Origin: Octopus sinensis
Taxonomy: Eukaryota
Assembly (NCBI RefSeq): GCF_006345805.1
Contig: NC_043000.1
Location: forward strand, 39,370,001-39,434,000
Length of the DNA stretch: 64,000 nt
Direction: 5' to 3'
The notes beneath the pieces were generated by a model. It was given only the letters and a program-made list of their open reading frames with translations. It made no database searches and was not told where the DNA came from. Positions within the stretch are counted from its first letter, which is position 1; the number at the start of each line of letters is the position of its first letter. Position numbers and translations under genes: made by a program. Positions 54,555-64,000 of the stretch are shown here, piece by piece.

Positions 54555-55099
54555 TATACACACATATACACACATACACATATGCACACACATACATACA
54601 TGTATATACATACAATACTCAATATATTCACATAAACATATATACACACACCCACACACACACACTTAAATAAATGTATATACATATACATATATATACA
54701 CGCACATAAACCTATACACATATATACATATACACACAAACACATATATCATATAAATAAATACGTATATAAATGTCTATATTCATACTTCTATACAAAA
54801 ATAGAGGTAAACATTAAGTTTAATCTAAATATTTACTCTTACTAATCTATACTATATATATATACATATATATGTATATATATATTATATATATATATAT
54901 ATTATATATATATATATATATACCCACACATATTTAAAGAGAGGGAGAGAGAGGAGGAGGAAGGTACAAATAACTTAATTTTGAACGTTGAGACACTGTT
55001 AGAACAGCAGAATCATAGGGTAAATTACTCTTAAAATTGGAAAAAATTGTCAATAAACAACCATGATTTTATGGCGTTTATGCATTCTAAAATGAATTA

Positions 55100-56353
55100 T
55101 CGCGTCATTAAGAATGAAATGTCCAGTTTCGAACTAAAGGTTTATTTTAATTTATCGCAACAAAATGCAATGCAGTTAATCAAATTATGCACATAAATTA
55201 TCAACACTATTTTGCCATGTTACCGCCATCCTTAATATGACGGTAGCGAAGAACTCTGGAAAGCAAGATGTGAAGAAATCACGATAGGATGTTTTTGTAT
55301 TTTCTGATTTGAAGGGTTTCGTTGCAAAATGTTGTTTAATGTTTCGAAAACGTGATAATCAGTTGGTGCAAGGTGTGGTGAATATGGTGGATGATAGAGT
55401 TCTTTCAATTTCACTTCCTCTAACTTGAGTTGCGTTCTTTGTCCAACATATGGTCGAGCATTGTCTTGCAAGACAATCGGCGTGTCTCTGTTGACCAATC
55501 TTGGTTGTTTATTTGCAAGTTCACTCATCACATCATCCACTTGGTTGATGTAGACAACTGCTGTCGTTGACTTACCAGGTCTCATGAAGCTGAGGTGGAT
55601 GATACCTACGTTGCGCCACCAAACAGACAGATTAGCATTTTGTTTCGGCTCTAGGTCTCTATCCAACCCCCATCCAGAAAGCTTGCTATTGTTGAAAATA
55701 ATCCATTTCTCATCAAACTTAGCAATACGATGCATAAATGATTCGCTTTTATGCCATGACAGCAACAAACAGCAAGTTTCAATACAGCATGTCAGTTGAT
55801 GCTCGTTCCGTTCGTGCGGTATCCATTTGGCCAGCTTCTTTACTTTGCCGATTTATTTCAGTTAGTCCAATACAGTTGGAATCAAAACATCAAATCTTAC
55901 AGTTAATTCAAGCGTAGTTCGAGATTTATCTGTTTCCACTACAGTTTCCAGCTCATCCTTGTCCATCTTGCTCTCAGCTCTACCACGGGGCTGAATTTCA
56001 AGAGTAAAGTCACCAGACCCGAACTTCTGAAAAAATCGATATGCAGTACGCTCATTCGCCACATCTTTACCAAACACCTCATTGATGTTTCGAGCTGTTT
56101 GGGATGCATTGGTTTCACGACGGGACTCATATTAATAAACAACACGAATTTTTTATTTATCTATGGGTTCACAATAATTGATTTACAAGAGAAAACTCAG
56201 AATATATCAGACACTAGGAATTGCATTTCGGAATTCGATGATGTAACTCTTCAGAGTTGTAAAGAAAAGGGAGTGTCAGTATAAAACATTAGGTTTATGG
56301 ACTGTCAAACTTGGTACATATGAAAATCGGACGTTTCATTCTTAATGATCTGA
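55100..56353 (-). mobile_element. Full-length decayed mariner transposon
   Basis: ~30-bp TIRs (tcattaagaatgaaa(t/c)gtcc), TA TSDs, 1254 bp; FGKDVANERT..RFF.KF, DEKWI, LQDNARP, HPPYSPHLAPTDYH. Confidence 0.92.
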
Positions 56354-56487
56354 TATCATCATTTTAGTAACAATTTACACATTTGGTACTTATAAATGAA
56401 CAAATGTTAGTTTGTTTATCTATCTATCTATCTTATATATATATATATATATGTAAATATATATGTGTGTGTATATATATATATATA

Positions 56488-56519
<32 letters not shown>

Positions 56520-56538
56520 GTAATATATATGTGTGTGT

Positions 56539-56581
<43 letters not shown>

Positions 56582-56592
56582 ATATATATATA

Positions 56593-56631
<39 letters not shown>

Positions 56632-56917
56632 ATATATATATATATATGTATATATATATTCGAAGAAGTGAGGTACTCAGAAAATCGGATGACTTATATT
56701 TACAGATATTTATTTGTATATTACATTTTTTATACATCATATAACTTAGATCATGTAATAGCGCTTTCTCCCATTCTAGTGGGGTTTTCAAATCAAACTA
56801 AGTTCCTGTGTGAAAAGTTTTGACCATTTTATAGTGGTATTGAGTTTGTAGTGGTGGGGAGGAATATAAGAGAGTACAAGAGGGTGATGGATGAGGAGAA
56901 AGTGAGAGAGAGAGATC

Positions 56918-56948
<31 letters not shown>

Positions 56949-57501
56949 TGCGTGTGTGTGTGTTGTTTTTGTATTTGGAATGAGTGCTAAAGAAACAGAA
57001 TGGAAGGGAGAGGGAAGAAGAAAATAATGTTTTTGCTCTGCTGGAAAGGATGTTGACTCCAAGGGGTGTCTAAGATCTTGGGGAAAAAGAATTTCAGTTT
57101 TGACCATTTCATAGTTTTATTGAGTGTGTGGTGGCGGGGAGGTAGACCATAAATTATATTTATATATAAATCATCCGATTTTCTGAGTACCTCGTTTCTT
57201 CGAATATATATATATACATATATACATATATATTTATACATATATATATATACATGCATATACATACATATATATATATTTCTTTTTATCATTGTGAGAG
57301 AGAGAGTGTGTGTGTGTGTGTGTGTTTAATGAGGGATGGTCAAATGGTTTTTGGGGTCTAGAGAAGAGGAATTCTTTTTATGATTGTTTTATGGAGTGTG
57401 TGTGTGCGTGTGCGTGTGTGTGCGTGTCTGCGAGTTTGGAGAAGGGAAGAGAGGGAAAAAATAGGAGGAAGGAGAATTATTTGTGTTGATATTATACCAA
57501 T

Positions 57502-57569
<68 letters not shown>

Positions 57570-58055
57570 TATATATATATATATATACATACATATACAT
57601 AAAATATTAGAAAGAAAACACCTTTTATCAATTCAAAATGAACAATTAAATTACACCATCTAGAAAATTGCATATCATAGAAAAGTTAAAATTAAAATGA
57701 CAATTAAAAAGTTAAGATTAAGTGAATTACAAAAATAATATAATGTATATAATAGGTAATATATATATACACATATACTAAATGCTCCACTATATCAAAT
57801 TGTAAATTGAAAGATTTGTCCTTCAATGTATGATGAGCAAAATTTCATAAAGTTCATACTTGAAAAGAGAGACTCTCCTGTGTTGAAGTTACAAATGACA
57901 GAATACAAACCGATAACTACTGAGTCTGTTGTCTGATATTCAACTGATTTACTCTAATATCCCACTGATTAAATATATATTAAGTTTTATCATACAGGAG
58001 CAACTGGTTCCACAAATCAAAATGAAATGGTTTCATTCAAATATTAGAATATCCC

Positions 58056-58562
58056 TTGTTCAATGTTGTCACTTACAAGGGAAGTGACAAACACCTTGAT
58101 GCATACATAGAGACAATATCCAAATTCCCTCTCAACACAAACAAAGGCAAACAGAATCTCCGCAGAGGAGAAAAACAAGCCTTACAAAAAGTAAAAAAAT
58201 GCAAGTTAATCATTATAAAAGAAGCTGACAAAGGTGGAGAAATAGTTATTATGGATACAGATTACAACAAAGAAAAGATACTGGAGTTACTGAACAACCA
58301 GACATACTATAAAGAGGAACCAACACCACCTGAGAAAGCAACAATAAAAAAAATTAGAACTCCTTTACAGATAAGGAGAAAGACTATCTATGCAACTCAA
58401 GAACCAAACATAGCAACTTTTATGGATTACCTAAAATTCATAAAAGCTCTGAAATACAGAGAGCCATAAAGGAACAGAGGAACCACTATATAAGAATACA
58501 AAGGCCTGGAGACCTCACAATGAGACCAATAGTGGCAGGACCCCAGGTACCAACACACAACA
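58056..58562 (+). mobile_element. Penelope-like RT N-terminal fragment
   Basis: IIIKEADKGGEIVIMD, then FYGLPKIHK and MRPIVAGP in another frame. Confidence 0.85.
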
Positions 58563-58581
58563 TCCTTTGTGTTTGTGATGC

Positions 58582-58647
<66 letters not shown>

Positions 58648-58777
58648 TATATATAATATATACATTTGAAGGTTTGGAGATGATGTACAGGTATTTATAT
58701 TCGAAGAAGTGAGGTACTCAGAAAATCGGATGACTTATATTACAGATATTTATTAGCAACAAAACACAAAGGATGTC

Positions 58778-58868
58778 GTGGTACGCGTGTTTCAAGCTTT
58801 ATAAACAACCTATTCTCACGTCAATGTGTAATCGACATAACAGATGGTCCAAAGCTCCCTTCAGCCGC
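58778..58868 (-). ncRNA. Hammerhead-like motif with long stem II
   Basis: Reverse strand reads gcgg CUGAAGG gagcttt...aaagctt GAAA CACGCG UA ccac; A9 is changed to G. Confidence 0.6.
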
Positions 58869-60327
58869 ATGCAATTGCTATACCAAAGAATTACATCACA
58901 TTATGAAATTATGAAAAATCCGAAAATGTACAGTTGGTATTATTTATAATGGTGGGTATATTGAGTTTCACTGAGAAAGTATGTTTGTAAATCTTCAACA
59001 TGTTGACTGATGATAGAGTATGGACGGATTTTTGAAGTCCAATGGTACCCAACGCACATATTTGATTATGAATACAGCAATGATCCCAATCCCATTCACA
59101 GAGAGTGTGATTTAGAGGGAAAAAAAGGGAAAAACATTTTCTCTAAATTACACTCTCTGTGAATGGGATTGGGGCCATTTGACATTGACCTAGTTCTCTC
59201 ATCAAATAGCAGTAATTGGCATTTGTTAGTGGCAATTGCTGTCTTCAACATGAATTCCTTTTATGGAGTTCTGAAACCCCCTTTACCCCATTTCTACAAT
59301 TAAAAAATCTTTAATGCTTCTAACCTTACAGCACTCAGAACAACTAGATCTTAGTCAGTCAGTGGACGGACTCTACTACCGCATATGTATCTATATATGT
59401 GTTTGTGCATGAGTGTGTCACTGTTGAAGTCGATCTTGCGAACGAAAAATTATGAAGGTGTGTTTATGAGTGACTGATTGAGGGTGTGTGGGTGTGTTTG
59501 CATGTGTGTGTGACTGCGTTTATCAGTATTCAGTCGCAAAGAATAACAAATTAAACAATATAAATTTGAAATGGACATTGCCAAACAAGGAATTTCAGTT
59601 TTTTTGAGACTAAAACCCATTTATTTTATTTTTATTATTACTTTTTTATTGCAATTTCAGGTGAAATTTGTGTATTGTTTATATATTTTTATATATTTAC
59701 AAACCTATGTTTTGTAATTTTTAAAATATTTTTAATTCTATTAAAATTTAATTTGCTTAAATTTAATTTTATAATTTTTATTGCTTAATTTATTTAATGA
59801 ATAAATTTTATAAAAAATTCTTCTAATTCAATTCAACTTATAATCATATTCCACCCTTAGTTTTATTTGTTTTTAATCTACCCACATAGATTTTATGTTG
59901 CTGTAACCTCGTATACCCGTCCCGTGTCTCTGTATTGTATCTAATCTCACTGAAAGTCTCTCACCTTTCCTGTCATGATATTGGCACGTATGAGGAAAGA
60001 ATTCGGTGGGAGACAATTGGGTGATTATTACAGCAGAGACCACCAGAAGCATATTTCTAGAAAATTTCATTCGGATTGCAATTGTGCAGAAAGAGAATCC
60101 GTGGCACACAATTGTGTAGATATGCCATTATGGTTCAGGAGGTCACTTCAGAGACTGTGAACGTGGAACTTGAGATTCACATCCATCTTGTCTGCTGAGT
60201 TTTGGATTATGATCGAAACAAAGATGTGTTAAGTAAAAGGATTTCAATTTAGCTTTAGAGAATATTCCAGAGATTTAACATTACATATCATGTAATAGAA
60301 TAGTGCATGTGTGTGTTTGTAAAAATA

Positions 60328-61952
60328 CTAGCAGAAGTACCCGGCGTTGCCTGGGTTAAAGAGAATAAGGAAATTTAAAACGCCGTCTAGGTTACGCACG
60401 TCTCAATTGATAGTAGCTGAGATACCAACTCCCTACATTTATAACTTCTTGAACCATACCCGCATAGAACATAGACGTTAAGTGAATGTTAAAAAAAATT
60501 CAACTCATATATGTATTTAAAGTAAATACACGTAATTCAAAAACACGTTTCATCTAGCGTATTTCGCAAACAAAAAACAGGTACAGATTACAAAAAATGA
60601 AAGACCGATTTTAGTGATTCATTTGACAGAGGTAACAGAGAGCCAATCGGATTATAAATCTGACCTTGGATCTTGAAATTTTGCATGAATCCTGGCTCAG
60701 TTAGATTTCTTGTGGCTCCAAATGATGTCCTCTGTAGTGCATCGTTGTATTGTCTAATTTAGTTTTGGAATCTTGGTTAGCTGGTTCTGGAGTTTCGGGC
60801 ATTGCAGGGTGTTTACCCTTTCCACCATTGCAGCACAGTACAGGTGTCTCTCCAGGCCACTTCCTTGCTTTATAATGTATGCACTCAGTTGTCGGTGCAC
60901 CAATGGAAACTATTGTGTCTTCTGCATAATAAACTTCCGGATCATAATTCAAAGCTGCTTCATAGAAGTTGATTCTCTGAGTTGTTGCAACTGCTCTTCG
61001 ATCTGCAGTGAAGGTCGTATTCCTTGTCAGCCATGCAAACCTCTGTTCATCAATTTGAGATGCTCTGAGCTTTTGTAGTGCACAGTCTGTTCGTTTATCG
61101 GTATGCTTCCTTTTCTGCAGCTGTCAACACTTTTTGGCAGTCTTTGACATTGTAGACAAATTTGACTCTTTCCTTCTAGGCATGGTTATATATGTATACA
61201 GAGATACACGTGTGCAGAAGATAGTAAACAATGAAAATAACTGGGTAACGGAAATTATATTTCTTAATACGACAGGCAGAAAGTAAATAAGAATTTGTTT
61301 CGGAAATAAAGAATTGTACGGGTTGAAGCAAAATTTGTCACTTAGTGAACCAAAGAGCCAGTAACGAAGGAATCAGAAAAAAAGCCGTTAACAACTGAAA
61401 ACACAGATTTTAGTGAAATCTTAGTTACTTCTGTTAATAAATTATGAATTTACTTTTATCGGTAATTCCGTCAACAAGAAAAAAGCACAAAATGTTGCAA
61501 AAATAAATAAGGAATTTGTAGGCAAATTTAACGAAATTTACGGATTGAAGTGAAATTTATGAAGTTACTTTTGTCAGTAAATTATGTATGAAATTACTTC
61601 CATCAGTAATTATGAACATCTTTCTGTCAGTAATTTGTCGTTGTTGTTTGTAAAGAGTGATTGAAAACTTACATTAAAAAAATAGAGATTGAACTTAAAG
61701 TAAAAACAAGAGCGTCTGAAAAATGAAAATGAAAACAATAAAGAGTGAGTGAGATATAGAGAACGGGAGAGAGAGAGAAAGAGAGAGAAAGCTAGTTAGA
61801 CAAATAAGATAGATATACATTGATATATAAAACATAGAGAGAAAGAGATAGATAGACAGATATAGAGATAGAGATGGATGGAGAGATATAGGGATAGAAA
61901 TACGCGTGAAAAGCGAATACACACACATCTTTACTTTATATATTAGAGGAGA
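60328..61952 (-). mobile_element. Helitron internal-deletion derivative
   Basis: A|TC 5' end (tctcctctaatatataaagtaaagatgtgtgtg); 3' hairpin cccaggcaacgccggg plus CTAG|T; retains RepHel N-terminus MPRRKESNLS and Zn-finger ECIHYKARKWPGETPVLCCNGGK. Confidence 0.85.
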
Positions 61953-62202
61953 TTGTGATAATTCTTGACCTATTGATGTAAGGGAGACAATCAATTTCTG
62001 TAATGTACTTTGGAAAGAGTCATCTCCCTTCACCACGTAATCCAAGGAAAGAGTATTTTCAGCCCCAAGAAATGAATCATTTTAAGAGCCTAAAACCATC
62101 TCTGGATCATAAAGTAACATATGTTCGCAGTTTGGAGAGAATCATTTGAAAAATACGATCGTTATAATCTTTTACACACACACAGACTGAACGAGATTTA
62201 TA

Positions 62203-62275
<73 letters not shown>

Positions 62276-63019
62276 TACATATATGTATGTATGTTTGTAT
62301 CTATGTCTATGTCTGTGTTTGTTAGTATGTGTGTGTCAATGAAGTTACTAAACTTAATTTAACTCAAGATGAAATTTTACAGTTTTATTAGGTTCAGAAC
62401 AGCAGTTGCTGCAAAGCTTACATTTAAGCTTGCCTGCAAATAGTATTTACACCCGAAATTCATTACCACTCCCATTTTTCTTGTAGCTTTCTTTTCTCCG
62501 AGTATGACTCATATAAAATCGCGATCCATTTTATTGTGTGTCAGGTAAACTTCTTGAGTTGTCAAACTTGTAAGCCACACACAATGGCCGCATTTGTATA
62601 GGAAGGGTAATATTGAAACCGAGTTAAATGATCCTGATTTTCTCCATTCCTCTTACACAGCATTAAATTGCGAGTATTGAGTCATATTTCTTATTAAAAA
62701 TTAGTCTGCATAGACTTAGAAGACTGGGTTCAAACCACATTGCTGTGGGTTCAATCCCACTGCGTGGCATTATGAGTGACTGTCATTTGCAACAGCGTCA
62801 GGCCGACCCAAGACTTCAAAAACTAGTGTTTTCCTTGCTAAACAACAACACTTTCTATGAGGTAATCACCAACTATAAACAACAAAAAAACACTCAAAAA
62901 CCTCACCACCCTCATACTCCAACACGGTCAAGGGCTCACGGAAAAGAAATTTCAATTTTGCTTCTTTCTTTATGCCTCATTTATTTAATTTTAGTTCCAC
63001 GAAATTGTGCACGTACCTT

Positions 63020-63560
63020 CTATGTTGGCCCCTGGTGGGTAATAAAGAAATCGGTATTTCGTCTGCCGCTACGGTCTGAGTTCAAATTCCGCCGAGGTCG
63101 ACTTTGCCTTTCATCCTTTCGGGGTCGATTAAATAAGTACCAGTTACGCACTGGCGTCGATATAATCGACATAATCCATTTCTCTGTCCTTGTTTGTCCT
63201 CTCTGTGTTTAGCCCCTTGTGGGTAGTAAAGAAATAGGTATTTCGTCTGTCATTGAGTTCTGAGTTGAAATTCTGCCGAGGTCGACTTTGCCTTTCATCT
63301 TTTCGGGGTCGATAAATTAAGTACCAGTCACGCACTGGGGTCAATGTAATCGACTTCATCTCTTTGTCTGTCCTTGTTTGTCCCCTCTATGTTTATCTCC
63401 TTGTGGGCAATAAAGAAATAAGAAATAATGAATTATTTCTTATAATTATTTCTACGTACATACGCACATGGGCATAATCGTTCTGTGTTCGAATTCCGCC
63501 GAGGTCGACTTTGTCTTTCAGCCTTTCAGTGTCGATAAATTAAGTACCAGTTGCGTACTG
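63020..63560 (+). mobile_element. Tandem array of 5'-truncated SINE copies (~185-bp unit x2 plus a partial third)
   Basis: gagttcaaattccgccgaggtcgactttgcctttcatcctttcggggtcgat..aagtaccag occurs three times; B-box-like GAGTTCAAATTC; resembles the Meta-SINE central domain. Confidence 0.8.
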
Positions 63561-63589
63561 AAAATTTTAGTCTCAGTGTATCTTTTCTT

Positions 63590-64000
63590 TTCCATCCTCC
63601 TGCATAACTTTACTTGGTACATGCTCACATCAGTTCTCTGTTACTTCATATTGGTATATGCGGCAAAAGAGCCATTGAAGAGACACACACACTTTATCGT
63701 GGCGGCGCTTGTATTCTTTTTCTGCAAGGCTCTCACATCCACTTACCGAGTGGGTCACATTTTCCACACTCTTTCCACAGAGTCTGCATTTCTGGGTGTC
63801 AAAAGTTTTATAGATGTTATACTTCACTGAATTGGTAGCGAGAGCCTGGACTTGTGCAGCAATGGTCAGGCTTTCGGTGGTACGCTTCAGTTCACCTTGC
63901 TCAAGCCATGCCCCCGATGCTGAATTATCCTTAACCCCTTGTGTATACCTTTCAAACACTCCATGCATTTTCATTTCAAGAAGGTCTTCATTTCTTTCTC
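63590..64000 (-). mobile_element. Dong/R4-type LINE fragment running off the window
   Basis: MHGVF...WL..GELKRTTESLTIAAQ...CRLCGKSVENVTHSVSGC...YKRRHD. Confidence 0.85.

Noticed and set aside
55232-56145. SETMAR-like host gene
   Set aside because: No SET domain; TIRs, TA TSDs and frameshifts identify a dead mariner.

Overview
AT-rich, microsatellite-dense eukaryotic DNA. The SINE, LINE and microsatellite content suggests a mollusc, probably an octopus; this is inferred, not verified. One host gene is supported on the + strand: a short-chain-collagen-C4-like (NC1-related) domain protein with exons at 22096-22173 and 22585-23090. A probable signal-anchor exon lies at 4773-4931, about 17 kb upstream across a TE-filled interval. 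The rest is transposon-derived: a near full-length CR1-group LINE, a cluster of Dong/R4-type RLE LINEs nested in (TAA)n, Penelope-like element (PLE) fragments, Helitrons, mariner/Tc1 and pogo elements, and tRNA-derived SINEs. The main unannotated signal is about a dozen type-I hammerhead ribozyme (HHR)-like motifs, read by eye on both strands. They lie in PLE-type inverted or partial-tandem repeats next to (TA)n tracts, and include one family with a non-canonical CCGACGA core and a retrozyme-like ~540-bp unit. All calls come from manual reading; no searches or folding programs were run.
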